64,000 bases of DNA from Candidatus Omnitrophota bacterium (GCA_050250375.1 JBFWOS010000001.1:1086361-1150360), one strand, 5' to 3'. Positions 1 to 10,286 are shown, numbered from the stretch's first letter. Notes: generated by a model from the sequence alone, not told the origin. Numbers and translations: made by a program.

Positions 1-654
1 TGTTAAACGCGTAGTTAGAAGCAAAGGCGTCGGTCATCCAGATTTCACCCCATCCGGAAACCAGTCCGGTAATTCCAACCCGTTTCAGCGCTTCGATGGC
101 CGCAATAAACTCACTGAACGATTGGGGGGCTGTTTTGATTCCAGCTTTTTCCAGAAGTTTTTTATTATAAAGCATCTGGATATTGGTGACATCAATCGGG
201 ACCCCATAAATACCGGGTTCCACGCCGTAAACATTGTCGGCGGTAAAACGATTAACATCCAAAGCCTTTGGAAAAAGCGATTGCTCCCATTCGCCGTTAT
301 TCTTCTGGAATTCTTCCGTCAGGCTGGCAACAAATTCATATTTGATGAAATCCGCAAAGATTTCTTTTTTATCGAGAATGCCGTATATGTCGGGAAGGGT
401 GTTGGCCTGTGCGGAGGCGGTAATTCTTTGAGAATATGTATCAGGCGGGGCAAACAACTGGATTTTAATTTTAACGCCGGTCTCTTGTTCGTACTGCTGG
501 GCCAGGGTCTGAAAGGCCTTATCCCGGTCGGTCATCCAATGCCAGAGGGTAATTTCATTACTCTGCGCTTGGTTCCCTGTGGAACCACCCATCATTTTTA
601 TACCGACTACAACAAGAACAACAAGCACAACAATTACGAGCACTTTTTTCATAT
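1..654 (-). CDS. ABC transporter extracellular solute-binding protein (family 1, sugar-type), truncated at the window edge
   Basis: Reverse-strand translation from the ATG at 652-654 gives MKKVLVIVVLVVLVVVGIKMMGGSTGNQAQSNEITLWHWMTDRDKAFQTLAQQYEQETGVKIKIQLFAPPDTYSQRI..., i.e. signal peptide/lipobox-like N-terminus followed by the typical SBP_bac_1 start (ITLWHWM...). The plus-strand ORF 122-733 on the opposite strand is low-complexity and rejected. Confidence 0.7.
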
Positions 655-737
655 AAACTCCAATGATATTGAAAATGTTGAAGTTAGGAGTATATCACGG
701 TCAATATTAAATGTCAAAAGACTAAATGACTGATCTT

Positions 738-3434
738 TCAACTTAATATGACTTGTAATTTGACTTCCTCCGCTGATTTCTCAATTAGACTTCGCTCGAC
801 CATGAATGACACTGGCTGTCCCTGCTTCACAGGTAATGAATGGTCATTCAACCGAACGGCCTCGATTGTATAATCGCCGAAATCTTTTAATGATTTATTT
901 ATATATTCCACATCCAATCTCTTTCCGGCAAAGCTGCACTGGATTGATGCCTGACCATCCGCACTAAACTGTTCCCTGACCAATTTCGGGGACACCATTA
1001 AATGACCGTTTGAACCAAAGACCCCGAACATCTGTGTCAGCACCGTTAAGACAAGCCAGCTGGCCGAACCTGTCAGGTAATGATACATCCCACGCCCCTG
1101 CGAATCAAAATACTCCGGAATCCCGGGATAAATCCAGCTCTTATCTGTATCCATCGACATATTAAAAATAGATTGGAGGACTTCATATCCTTCACGGACA
1201 AAACCTTGTTTGTACAGGGCGAAGGCGTACATGACAATCATGTGGCTGAAAAATGCGCCGTTTTCTTTTGTCCCGAATGCAAAACCGAAAGCACGCCCCA
1301 AATCAAGATAATGAGAGATCTTAAAATCCGAATTGAGCCGATAGCCTCCCAACTCTTTATCTTTAAGAAATTGTTCTACCGCGGCAATCACTTGTTTGAC
1401 TTCATTTTCTTTTGCCAGTCCACTCATCAACGGGAATACCTGCCCGGTTAACGTCATCCTGGCCGTCTTCCCGACCAAACCTTCAACCTGCATCCCTTTG
1501 TTATCGTAATAGCCGTTGAACCACGTCAAATTTGAAACGGTCACCTTCTCCTGATGCCGGATATGATCAAAAATCCACTGCCCTTTTTTTCGCAAGTCAC
1601 TGACGATATCTTTTATTTTGATAGTAACTTTGTCCCCCGAAATCCTGGGTTCCACGGAATTAAAATACTTCTCAAAGAGTAACGTTCTTTTTTCCTGAAC
1701 GCTGTCATAATCAATCGGAGTATTAAACGTGTCCATTAACAAAGACAGTTCTTTGGCCAATGCTAATTCATGAATGTTTGATTCCCCGGACAAATGTTCG
1801 AGCATCTTGGCCAGCTGAAGCATATTCCCGGCATATTGACTGGCAAAGGCCACGCTTTCACCGCGTTCAAAGGCCATATCGAGCCCGTCATTCCAGTCCG
1901 CATTTTCCAGGCGGATAATATTATGTTCCCCCACATTATAAAACTGGACCAAATGCTGGACGAGAAGATGTTCGACAACCGTGCCTTCATAAATATCGTT
2001 ATTGATATCTCTTAACTTATTTTCGTTATCCGCAACCCACTGGCCGTCTTTTTTAAAATTCCTGGATAACTGGCGGTCTTTGAAATATGAGTTTGTTTCC
2101 AATAAGATATCAAAATCACCCGTCTGGTGGATATAAAGAAACAATGTCATCAACGGCCAGACCCCGTGGTCCATCCACACCCTTGATATGGCATTGCGGT
2201 CTGCAATAAATTCCCCCGGATTGGTCCCGATGATCGTTGCATTGGATCCGTCAATCCGGACACCGGCAAAATTGTTCAGCAGGGTCTCTTTGACCTGATG
2301 CGGCTCGATAAGGATCAGCGACAATAAATCCTGCCAGATATCCCTCCACCCTTTCCCCCCTTTTCCGTAATCATGATCCGGAAGGAATGAACACCCGAAA
2401 ATTCTTCGCAGGACCGGCTGCAAAACGACCCATCGCATCCAGGAATTAAAATCTTTATCCTGCGTCTTAACAACAACCGAATCCGTTTTCTTGATCCAGT
2501 ACGTCCGGTTCTCCATAAAAGCATTGTTGAATTGTTCAGAAAATTTAAACCGGTTGAACACGTCCATCGCCTGATTTTCATCAGCCGCGATTCCGATCAT
2601 GACAAAATATGTTTTTGATTCGTTCGGATTAAGCGTAAGATCATAAAACCTTACGGCTCCTACGGCTTCCTTGCCCTGCAAAGCACGGTCTTCCAGATCG
2701 GCCGGTTCATTATTGCGCAAAACAGCCTCAGGCCGTATAAAATCGCCTGCATATCCGCAAAAACTTTCGACTGTCGGAAAGGTCCCTTTAATCGGCTGTC
2801 CGCTGTCTTCAATTCCGAAAACAAAATAAACGTCACTATTGGCGGCATGTCCTTTTTCATTAAATTTCATCGTTGGGCATACCAATACCCCGTGCTCAAA
2901 CTGTTTTATGCGGTTAAGCAAACTGGTCACATGCTCGTGGTCATGTTTATTCGACAAAGAACGGGCGAACAGCGGAACAGCGACTGTCGGAGTCATTGAT
3001 TGGGGCGTTCCCGACTGATTGGTGACCACCACCCTCATCAATTCAACATTTTCTCCGCTAACCGGGATAAAGTTTAATACTTCAACCGAAATCTGCGATT
3101 GTGAGTCAAACTTAGAGACTTTATGCCATAACGGACCGGCCTCAACCTTGATGGCATTCGGATCACCGTGGGGGTCAGCTATACTGAAAATACCATTATT
3201 GATATTGAGATAAACGTTACGCAACGGCTGGCGCAGATCTTCCGTGGAAACCGGTTTTGTCAGGTAACGGTCTTTATCAAGCTTAATATCTCCTGATAAA
3301 AATGCCGTGATGGAAGATTTTAAATGATTGGATGTCGGGCCACACAACGGAAAATACATTGTACGGTTAAACCCGGCCTTTTCAGATTTGAAAGAAATCT
3401 GGTCTCCATAATAGTTATACAAAGGATGTGGCAT
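738..3434 (-). CDS. GH94-like glycoside phosphorylase (cellobiose/chitobiose phosphorylase superfamily; could be GH149/GH161-type)
   Basis: 898 aa. The (alpha/alpha)6-barrel region contains ENADWNDGLDMAFERGESV, matching the DWNDG catalytic-acid motif of cellobiose-phosphorylase-type enzymes. Length and multi-domain layout fit. It sits next to a sugar SBP. Confidence 0.55.
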   Translation of the reverse strand: MPHPLYNYYGDQISFKSEKAGFNRTMYFPLCGPTSNHLKSSITAFLSGDIKLDKDRYLTKPVSTEDLRQPLRNVYLNINNGIFSIADPHGDPNAIKVEAGPLWHKVSKFDSQSQISVEVLNFIPVSGENVELMRVVVTNQSGTPQSMTPTVAVPLFARSLSNKHDHEHVTSLLNRIKQFEHGVLVCPTMKFNEKGHAANSDVYFVFGIEDSGQPIKGTFPTVESFCGYAGDFIRPEAVLRNNEPADLEDRALQGKEAVGAVRFYDLTLNPNESKTYFVMIGIAADENQAMDVFNRFKFSEQFNNAFMENRTYWIKKTDSVVVKTQDKDFNSWMRWVVLQPVLRRIFGCSFLPDHDYGKGGKGWRDIWQDLLSLILIEPHQVKETLLNNFAGVRIDGSNATIIGTNPGEFIADRNAISRVWMDHGVWPLMTLFLYIHQTGDFDILLETNSYFKDRQLSRNFKKDGQWVADNENKLRDINNDIYEGTVVEHLLVQHLVQFYNVGEHNIIRLENADWNDGLDMAFERGESVAFASQYAGNMLQLAKMLEHLSGESNIHELALAKELSLLMDTFNTPIDYDSVQEKRTLLFEKYFNSVEPRISGDKVTIKIKDIVSDLRKKGQWIFDHIRHQEKVTVSNLTWFNGYYDNKGMQVEGLVGKTARMTLTGQVFPLMSGLAKENEVKQVIAAVEQFLKDKELGGYRLNSDFKISHYLDLGRAFGFAFGTKENGAFFSHMIVMYAFALYKQGFVREGYEVLQSIFNMSMDTDKSWIYPGIPEYFDSQGRGMYHYLTGSASWLVLTVLTQMFGVFGSNGHLMVSPKLVREQFSADGQASIQCSFAGKRLDVEYINKSLKDFGDYTIEAVRLNDHSLPVKQGQPVSFMVERSLIEKSAEEVKLQVILS

Positions 3435-3541
3435 TATTTGAAGTTCTTCGAATTATTGTGTTTTCATCCTGAATTAAACTTTGGAAAGTTTATCACGGCT
3501 GGGCAAGTCAGGTCAAGATTAAATAATACAGATTAGTTTAT

Positions 3542-3898
3542 TTATTGAGATATGGCGTTAGCGTGGAATTTATAAAGGCGGGCCATGCGTAAAAGTTCAA
3601 TTTTATGGAACTTCAATCCGATTTCCCAGAAATTTGCAGCGGTCTTCTTGATCCAGACGACTTCCCCCCGTAAATCCATCGGAGCCAAACCGTCCGGCAG
3701 ATCAATCTCTAAAGCGATCTTATCATTTAAAAAAAGGCGGTCTTTAGTTGTGAATTGCGCCCCGAAGGCAGACGCATTTCGCAGATAAACATTTTCTCCG
3801 AACGGTTCTCGTTCATCCTTGAATTTGGCGGGATAACGGGCTGAAAACCGCTCAAATAAACGCCGGTCATCTTTACGGATTTCTTCAAACATATCCAT
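3542..3898 (-). CDS. PilZ domain protein (c-di-GMP receptor)
   Basis: RxxxR motif (DDRRLFERF) plus N/DxSxxG motif (RNASAFGAQF). 118 aa single-domain PilZ. Confidence 0.6.
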   Translation of the reverse strand: MDMFEEIRKDDRRLFERFSARYPAKFKDEREPFGENVYLRNASAFGAQFTTKDRLFLNDKIALEIDLPDGLAPMDLRGEVVWIKKTAANFWEIGLKFHKIELLRMARLYKFHANAISQ

Positions 3899-3904
3899 AT
3901 TGTT

Positions 3905-4231
3905 TTATTTATGAAAATATTTTTGCAGACGGGCTTTGGAACCACGCATCACATCTTCAAATGTGACACCGATACGGTAATTGGATGATCCTGAAATTGC
4001 CCTGGCCCAAAGGACCCGGCCGATAACCAATACGGGCAAATCTTCTTCGCCTAAATCAAGTTCTATCGGAATTCGTTTATTAACAGGAATGCGGCGGGGA
4101 GAAACAAATCCGAGGCCTCCCTTGCTGATATCAATCACATTGCTGGAATCAAAAATACCGCCTTTTTTTCCATCAACGGGCACTTCACAACTCAATCTTT
4201 TATTTCTGCGTTTATTTAATTCTTTGTTCAT
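3905..4231 (-). CDS. PilZ domain protein (c-di-GMP receptor), tandem paralog
   Basis: KRRNKRLSCEV (RxxxR) and DISKGGLGF (DxSxGG). 108 aa. Confidence 0.6.
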   Translation of the reverse strand: MNKELNKRRNKRLSCEVPVDGKKGGIFDSSNVIDISKGGLGFVSPRRIPVNKRIPIELDLGEEDLPVLVIGRVLWARAISGSSNYRIGVTFEDVMRGSKARLQKYFHK

Positions 4232-4423
4232 AATAAGAAAATTAGACTTGGTTCCTTTAACCTTGCTTTTAGTCTAACAAGGTTGCTGAAATTTTCAATC
4301 AATATCTGAAAAAATTTTGACCTTGAATTTGTTTTTGGAATTAATAAAGCGACTACAGCTTTATTAGTTCAAATATAAAACAGTTTGTACGCAATTTCAA
4401 TAGCGGTTTCGGAATTTATTCAA

Positions 4424-4448
4424 AATATTGACCTTTTTGGTCAATATT
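4424..4448. promoter_or_regulatory. Perfect 10-5-10 palindrome, candidate operator or RNA hairpin
   Basis: aatattgacc-ttttt-ggtcaatatt. A further ttgacc half-site lies at ~4312. Located between the GT9 gene end and the PilZ pair, ~190 nt upstream of the PilZ start. Confidence 0.35.
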
Positions 4449-4474
4449 TTCTCTCGTCCGGACAATTTTTCATT

Positions 4475-5674
4475 TTATTTCATAAAAACCGAATCGTAGA
4501 CCTGTTCGGGTGAAATATCTTTTAAGCACAAATTATCCCGGCACGCCGAGTTGCGATGGTTAAAAACGGACAGACAAGGAGAACACGGGATTCCTGAATA
4601 AAATATTGTAATACGTTCACCGAGCGGCGCAAAGATCTTGGGAGTTTCCGGCCCAAAAAGGACAAATTGCCTGACTTTTGTCAATGCCGCCAGATGCGCC
4701 ATCCCGGAATCGTTCACAACCAAGGCTTTTGACACCGACATGAGGGCCAATAATTCCTGCAATGTTGTCTGCCCCATCAGATTAATGCACCTTTGGGGAT
4801 GATTTTGTGTTTGGGTGATCTGTTTTGCGCGTTCCGCCTTATCTTGCTGCCCGACAATCAACACATAGGTGTTATCGTGCGAAAGGATCTTTGTAACCAG
4901 CCGGGTAAAATACTCTAAAGGCCACTCCCTCAAAGGGATACGCCCTTCTCCCGGACATATCAGATAAATCTCCGCGGTTGCGTCAACCCCCAGGCCATTC
5001 AATTTTTTGTACAGAGATTTTTCCTGCTCTTTCGTATGTTGAAAAGAAACCAGATCAAAGCGGTTATCCTCTTTGAGAATTTCAGGCGACAACTTTTCGT
5101 TCTTTTCGACTGCCGTTCCCATCAGCAAATACATTTCACTGACATGGAGATGCGGATTGTATTGAATCTTATGTGTCAGCAGATCTCCGCGGTAAACCCC
5201 TTCAATTGTATACCGATGAAAGCCGACCCGTTTAAAAGCACCGCTCAGATAAGAAAGAATGGCTGTAAACCTGGAAAAAAATTCTAAATCAATCACGACA
5301 TCAAATTTTTCTTTACGTATCTTCCATAATAAGACAAATACACCTTTTACAAAAGCGGCGGGTGAACTTTCATCAATGGTCCACACATGGACTGGAATGG
5401 ATGGAACGAACACCTCAAATAGTTCCCGGTTACTTTTAAATGTTAAATAATGCAGTTCTGCTTGCGGATATTTTGTGTTCAACTTTTTAAGTAGGGGATA
5501 AGATAAAATGATCGCTCCGAGTTCCGATGGCTTGATGAACAAGATCTTAGACGGATCCTTTAGATCGCGGGAATCCGGAAAAAACAGACTCAATATCTTA
5601 TGCCATAACGTCAATATAAAACAAACGGGAATACCGATCAAATAATCCACCCGTTTCATAAATGTAAATCCCAT
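4475..5674 (-). CDS. Glycosyltransferase family 9 (heptosyltransferase-like)
   Basis: GT9 architecture. C-terminal VVNDSGMAHLAAL matches the conserved (D/N)SGxMHLAAA heptosyltransferase motif. There is an extra Cys-rich C-terminal tail. Confidence 0.7.
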   Translation of the reverse strand: MGFTFMKRVDYLIGIPVCFILTLWHKILSLFFPDSRDLKDPSKILFIKPSELGAIILSYPLLKKLNTKYPQAELHYLTFKSNRELFEVFVPSIPVHVWTIDESSPAAFVKGVFVLLWKIRKEKFDVVIDLEFFSRFTAILSYLSGAFKRVGFHRYTIEGVYRGDLLTHKIQYNPHLHVSEMYLLMGTAVEKNEKLSPEILKEDNRFDLVSFQHTKEQEKSLYKKLNGLGVDATAEIYLICPGEGRIPLREWPLEYFTRLVTKILSHDNTYVLIVGQQDKAERAKQITQTQNHPQRCINLMGQTTLQELLALMSVSKALVVNDSGMAHLAALTKVRQFVLFGPETPKIFAPLGERITIFYSGIPCSPCLSVFNHRNSACRDNLCLKDISPEQVYDSVFMK

Positions 5675-5681
5675 AACGCCT

Positions 5682-7058
5682 CTATTCCTTAAAAAAACTT
5701 TGGGTGATCACGTCCGCTATGTTTCCTGCAATCAGTTTAATGCCGTCGGTTGATAAATGGCCGAAATCTCCGGCAAAATTGTCTACAAAATATTGTTCAT
5801 ACGGCTTCTGACTCAGGGCGTCTTTGAAAATCTTCTCATTGTCCACAAACACAACATTTCTATCCTTACCTAACATTTTAACCAACGGATCTAATTTTCG
5901 CATGGGGTATTGGACACTGACCAACTTGATCCCCCGGCTCAATACAATTTCCTTAATCTGCCTGTAATTATCAACCGTTAACGGAGATAAATATTGGGCA
6001 TCCAGATCAGCGGCTTTAATAAACTTCTCTTCAGCCTCCTTGACTTTCCCTTGAATCAAGTAATAACTCGCCCACATCTTGCTAAAAATATAACTGTCAG
6101 GAAATTTCTCATCAGCCTTTTGTAAGACCTGCTCAAGCTTATCATATTCTTTCTGTTTAAAATAAATCTGAGCCAGCTTTTCATATGCTTCGTCCGAGTC
6201 AGGAATGTTCTGTATCATGGCTAAAACCGTTTCTTCCGCCAAGGAATATTTCATCGCGTAAAAATACCGCATGCTTAACAGACTATACGCTTCTTCATTC
6301 TTTGGATCAAGCTCTATGGCTCTTTTTAAATAGCTGACAGCCAAATCCATTTCCGCATAATACGAATAAATCCCCCCAAGGTTGGAATAAATCGGTGAAT
6401 AATCCGGATCAATCTTCATTGCTTTCTTTAATACCAATTCGGCCTCGTCAAATTCCAATCTATCCATATAATCATAGACCTGTTCCATCAATTTTGTCAT
6501 ACGAGGATCCTCATGAGACAAAACGTAATCCTCTTCCTTTTCAGAATTCCTGGATTGAGCATGTAGGCGAATATGATTCAACAACCGATATACCTTCAAC
6601 CGTTTCACGGCCAAAATAAACCAATTATCTTTATCATTTCCAAGCACTTCTTCCGTAACGTCGTTTCTTCCGTCATTAATTCCAATCATGGTGATAACCA
6701 TGTCCGGGGCGTATTTGCTCAGATTCTCTTTTAAATTAGAAAGGATAATACCGCTGGTTACACCCAGAATACCTTCATTAATGACCCGGAATTTGATTCC
6801 TAAATTTTTTTGATTTAATATTTTTTCCAGCTGATAGGGATACGAATGTTCCAGGGTTCCAGAAAACGTTGTCGATTCGCCGATACATAATATCCGGTAA
6901 GCTCCGGTTTCTTTCAAAGCCTGATGATTTTTATAAGATTGATAATATTTAAATACAAAGCCAGACAGTCGCATTCCGGTTTCGACAAAAATAACGGTCA
7001 TAATGAATCCAACCGCGATTAGAATAATTTTCTGCTTACCCGTTGTCTTGTCTTTCAT
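5682..7058 (-). CDS. TM-anchored SGNH/GDSL hydrolase with inserted TPR-repeat domain (paralog 1 of 4)
   Basis: N-terminal TM helix. Block I is ILCIGESTTFSG (catalytic Ser), block III is MIGINDG. A ~200-aa TPR region follows (repeated AEEAY...LG...Y pattern). Block V is FAGDFGHLS (DxxH). Confidence 0.7.
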   Translation of the reverse strand: MKDKTTGKQKIILIAVGFIMTVIFVETGMRLSGFVFKYYQSYKNHQALKETGAYRILCIGESTTFSGTLEHSYPYQLEKILNQKNLGIKFRVINEGILGVTSGIILSNLKENLSKYAPDMVITMIGINDGRNDVTEEVLGNDKDNWFILAVKRLKVYRLLNHIRLHAQSRNSEKEEDYVLSHEDPRMTKLMEQVYDYMDRLEFDEAELVLKKAMKIDPDYSPIYSNLGGIYSYYAEMDLAVSYLKRAIELDPKNEEAYSLLSMRYFYAMKYSLAEETVLAMIQNIPDSDEAYEKLAQIYFKQKEYDKLEQVLQKADEKFPDSYIFSKMWASYYLIQGKVKEAEEKFIKAADLDAQYLSPLTVDNYRQIKEIVLSRGIKLVSVQYPMRKLDPLVKMLGKDRNVVFVDNEKIFKDALSQKPYEQYFVDNFAGDFGHLSTDGIKLIAGNIADVITQSFFKE

Positions 7059-7068
7059 GAACTTTCTG

Positions 7069-7770
7069 TCATTTCTTCCTGAAGATTAATTGAATAAAAT
7101 CAGCCATCGCTGTTCCCACCACTTTAATATTCGCCCCCGTTGGTACTCCTCCTTCACGGACAAAATGCTCAATCGGCACTTCTTTAATCCTGGCTTTTTT
7201 AACACGGGCATTAATAAACACATGTGTATAAAACGCTCCGGCGTGCGAGTCAATCCCTTCCGTTTCTAAGAACTGTTTATGGAACAATTTAAACCCGCAA
7301 TTGATATCTTTAGACTTAATCCCGAAGGCCGCTCCAACGCAAAAGGTATATAATTTCCCTAACATAATCCGGTGGACCGGATCGACCCGCTTTGAACGGT
7401 AACCGGCTATAATGTCATAGTCTCTGGTATAATTGAGCATCGGATCGATGGAGTTAATCTTAATCTGGCCGTCAGAATCCATAAGCAGAATCCATTCGTG
7501 CCTGGATCGCTCAATCCCCGAAATTAACGCCTTTCCATACCCTTTATTTACCGGAAGAGTGACCACCGTAACATGGTTATAAGATTTCCCCAAATCTTTT
7601 AAGATATCAGGTGAGCGGTCAGTACTGCCATCGTCTACCAGGATTATTTCATACCCGGTAATATTCTTGTGGGAATGAAGATGATTGTATACTTCTTCAA
7701 CGGTCTTTCGGATATTGGATTCTTCATTATAAACCGGAAGAATGACAGATAGGGTCACTTGATCGCTCAT
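7069..7770 (-). CDS. Glycosyltransferase family 2, polyprenol-phosphate sugar synthase-like (DPM1/ArnC-like)
   Basis: LSVILPVYNEESNI ... EIILVDDGSTDRS (DxD-type GT-A fold). 233 aa, soluble. 4-nt overlap with the downstream radical SAM gene. Confidence 0.75.
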   Translation of the reverse strand: MSDQVTLSVILPVYNEESNIRKTVEEVYNHLHSHKNITGYEIILVDDGSTDRSPDILKDLGKSYNHVTVVTLPVNKGYGKALISGIERSRHEWILLMDSDGQIKINSIDPMLNYTRDYDIIAGYRSKRVDPVHRIMLGKLYTFCVGAAFGIKSKDINCGFKLFHKQFLETEGIDSHAGAFYTHVFINARVKKARIKEVPIEHFVREGGVPTGANIKVVGTAMADFIQLIFRKK

Positions 7771-9065
7771 ATCAACGTAATTAGACGCCCGACAAATAAC
7801 TTGAAACTTCGTATGAGCGTGAGCATGTTTGAACTGAGCAAATAGGCAGGCCTCAGATAGTACTTTAAATAAGTTTTACGGATATGCCGGTCGATGTATT
7901 TGTTAAAATTGATGTCAGGCATATAAACATTGCTTTTAAGATAAGGGTATACTTTATGAAATGATACAAAATTTGTGTTTAGTTCCTTGGCGAATTGAAA
8001 GGTTTCATTCCGGTCACTGTCCGATTCTTCCTTCAATCCGAACATATAAAAAGCCAGGGTCTTGATACCGGCCTGTTTGCACATCCTGACCCCTTCTTTG
8101 ATCTTCTCCGGAGAAATATGTTTATTTGTCAGATCCAGGTATTTCTTTGTGCCGCTTTCAACGCCAACATGGATCAATTGACAGCCGGCCGCTTTCATCT
8201 TCTTTAATATTTCCGGATCTACCGAATCAGCCCGGGTCTGGCAGCACCATTTGAAATCGTACTTCTTTTCGATGAGAAAATCACACATCCTTGAAACCTG
8301 CGCCTTATAATGTAGAAATTCAAGATCCATAAAATAAGCTGTTTTGACCCCGTGCTCCTCAACAGCAACCTGAATCTCTTTACAAATCTGTTCGCTGGTT
8401 TTGACCCGCAGTTTCGGTTCGTACATGATCTTGTTGCAGAATTTGCAGCCAAAATTACAGCCGCGGCCCAATTCGAACAGGACAAAATCTTTTCCGAGGA
8501 TTTCATAAAAGTATTTCCTGATATCCAGCAGATGAAACGCCGGAACGGGCAGATCGGTCAACTCAAAATTTCCCCGGTCCGGATTAGATTTGAAATGACC
8601 GTTTTCCCGATAACTGATGCCGGTGATTTGGGAAAGTTCCTGATCCTGACAGATATCATCCACAATGTATTCAGGCCCCCCGCGGATCACGGCCATAGCC
8701 CCGGTATTTTCTAATACCGTCACAGGGTCAACCGTCCCATGATAACCCATGATATAAAAATTATCCGTGTGTTCTTTAATTACTTTTACCGTTTCATAAA
8801 AAGCCGTCATATTAATATTGGGACATTGCCAGCGGTCAAGCGATGAGGATGTAATAAATATTTTATCGTAACCCATTAAATGGGTTTTTAATTTATGAGG
8901 TTTGATTCGCAAAGCATGCGCGTCGAGGATGCGGACAAAATGCCCTCTTTGCTCCAGGATCGCGGCACAATTAGCCAGGCACAGAGGCGGCCAGATACGG
9001 TTATACGTATGCTCTCCCTTTCCATAAGGGTACGGCCAGTAAGGTTTAATCAATAATATTTTCAT
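7767..9065 (-). CDS. B12-binding domain radical SAM protein
   Basis: N-terminal cobalamin-binding-like domain, then FELGRGCNFGCKFCNK (CxxxCxxC). Confidence 0.8.
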   Translation of the reverse strand: MKILLIKPYWPYPYGKGEHTYNRIWPPLCLANCAAILEQRGHFVRILDAHALRIKPHKLKTHLMGYDKIFITSSSLDRWQCPNINMTAFYETVKVIKEHTDNFYIMGYHGTVDPVTVLENTGAMAVIRGGPEYIVDDICQDQELSQITGISYRENGHFKSNPDRGNFELTDLPVPAFHLLDIRKYFYEILGKDFVLFELGRGCNFGCKFCNKIMYEPKLRVKTSEQICKEIQVAVEEHGVKTAYFMDLEFLHYKAQVSRMCDFLIEKKYDFKWCCQTRADSVDPEILKKMKAAGCQLIHVGVESGTKKYLDLTNKHISPEKIKEGVRMCKQAGIKTLAFYMFGLKEESDSDRNETFQFAKELNTNFVSFHKVYPYLKSNVYMPDINFNKYIDRHIRKTYLKYYLRPAYLLSSNMLTLIRSFKLFVGRLITLI

Positions 9066-9068
9066 AGT

Positions 9069-10286
9069 CTAAAAAAACTGTATGATTTTTCTTAACGTTT
9101 CAATAAACAACCGAACTTCTTCTTCCGTATTATACGCATAGAGGGATACTCTCAAACTCGGTGTCAGCCGGTGTCTTTTATACCCCGCGTGACAGCAGTG
9201 CACGCCGCTGCGGGTCATGATGTTTTCCGTCTGGTCCAGAATAATGGACAATTCACCTGAATCCATTCCTTCAACATAAAAATTGATAATCCCGGACCGT
9301 AAATCAGGATCCTGCGGTCCGATTATCCGGACTTTTGGCCAGCTTTTAATCGTGTCGGTCATCAGCCGGTTGAGCATGGATACATGCGCTCTGATTTCTT
9401 TCAGGCCTGTCTTCGTCAAATATTCGATGGCCGCCGTAACGCCTGACGCCCCCGCGTAATTCTGCAGACCAGCTTCAAACCGGTCGGGGACTTTCGATAA
9501 AACAAAAGAATTGGCGCTAACATCATCAACGGTTTCTCCTCCGATATACAACGGCTCCAGATTATCCAGATGTTTCTTCTTAGCATAAAGACATCCCATT
9601 CCGCTGGGGCCAAGCATCTTATGAAACGAAAAAGCGAAAAAGTCAGCATCAAGTTTTTGTACATCAATTGAATGATGGGCGATACTCTGCGCGCCGTCAA
9701 CCAAAACCAATGCGCCGTGTTCATGGGACAACCGGATTATATCCTCAATCGGAAACGTGTACCCCGTAATATGGCTCGTGTGCACGATGCTGACCAATTT
9801 AGCCCCTTCTTTTAAAAGAGCAACAAACCTTTCTTGATCGAATTTCAAATCCTCGGTCAGGCCAAAAATTCTTAAAACGGTCTCTTTCTTTCTTCCAATC
9901 ATCTGCCAGGGTAAAAAATTCGAATTGTGTTCCAGGCTGCTTGTCAGAACCACTTCACCCTTCAAAAAATTTATGCCGTTCGCGACAAGATTAATGGATT
10001 CCGTCGCATTCTTGGTGAAAACGATTTCATCCGCGCTCTTGGCGTTAATAAATCTCTGAACAGACTTCTTGGCCTGTTCATAGGCGGACGTTGTTTTCAG
10101 TCCGAATTTATGAACCGACCGTTTATGACAGCTGGGATGAACCATATAATACTCGTTCATGGCCTCCACCACCTGTCTCGGTCGTAACGTCACACAGGCA
10201 TTATCAAAATAAACCGGCTTTTTCCCTTTACTCACGCTTTCTAACGAAGGGAAATCTTTTCTCAATTGATTGCAATCAAAACCCAT
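9069..10286 (-). CDS. Cysteine desulfurase (class V aminotransferase, SufS/CsdA-like)
   Basis: PLP lysine motif SFHKMLGPSGMG. Active-site Cys region RSGVHCCHAG. Overall SufS-like length of 405 aa. Confidence 0.8.
   Translation of the reverse strand: MGFDCNQLRKDFPSLESVSKGKKPVYFDNACVTLRPRQVVEAMNEYYMVHPSCHKRSVHKFGLKTTSAYEQAKKSVQRFINAKSADEIVFTKNATESINLVANGINFLKGEVVLTSSLEHNSNFLPWQMIGRKKETVLRIFGLTEDLKFDQERFVALLKEGAKLVSIVHTSHITGYTFPIEDIIRLSHEHGALVLVDGAQSIAHHSIDVQKLDADFFAFSFHKMLGPSGMGCLYAKKKHLDNLEPLYIGGETVDDVSANSFVLSKVPDRFEAGLQNYAGASGVTAAIEYLTKTGLKEIRAHVSMLNRLMTDTIKSWPKVRIIGPQDPDLRSGIINFYVEGMDSGELSIILDQTENIMTRSGVHCCHAGYKRHRLTPSLRVSLYAYNTEEEVRLFIETLRKIIQFF

Noticed and set aside
122-733. 203-aa plus-strand ORF
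   Set aside because: Low-complexity translation with no recognisable motif. The opposite strand encodes a convincing signal-peptide plus SBP_bac_1 N-terminus (ITLWHWM...) ending at the ATG at 652-654.
1080-3213. Plus-strand ORFs inside the GH94-like gene (1080-1451, 1794-2015, 3019-3213 etc.)
   Set aside because: Antisense to a 898-aa ORF with a clear catalytic motif. No features of their own.
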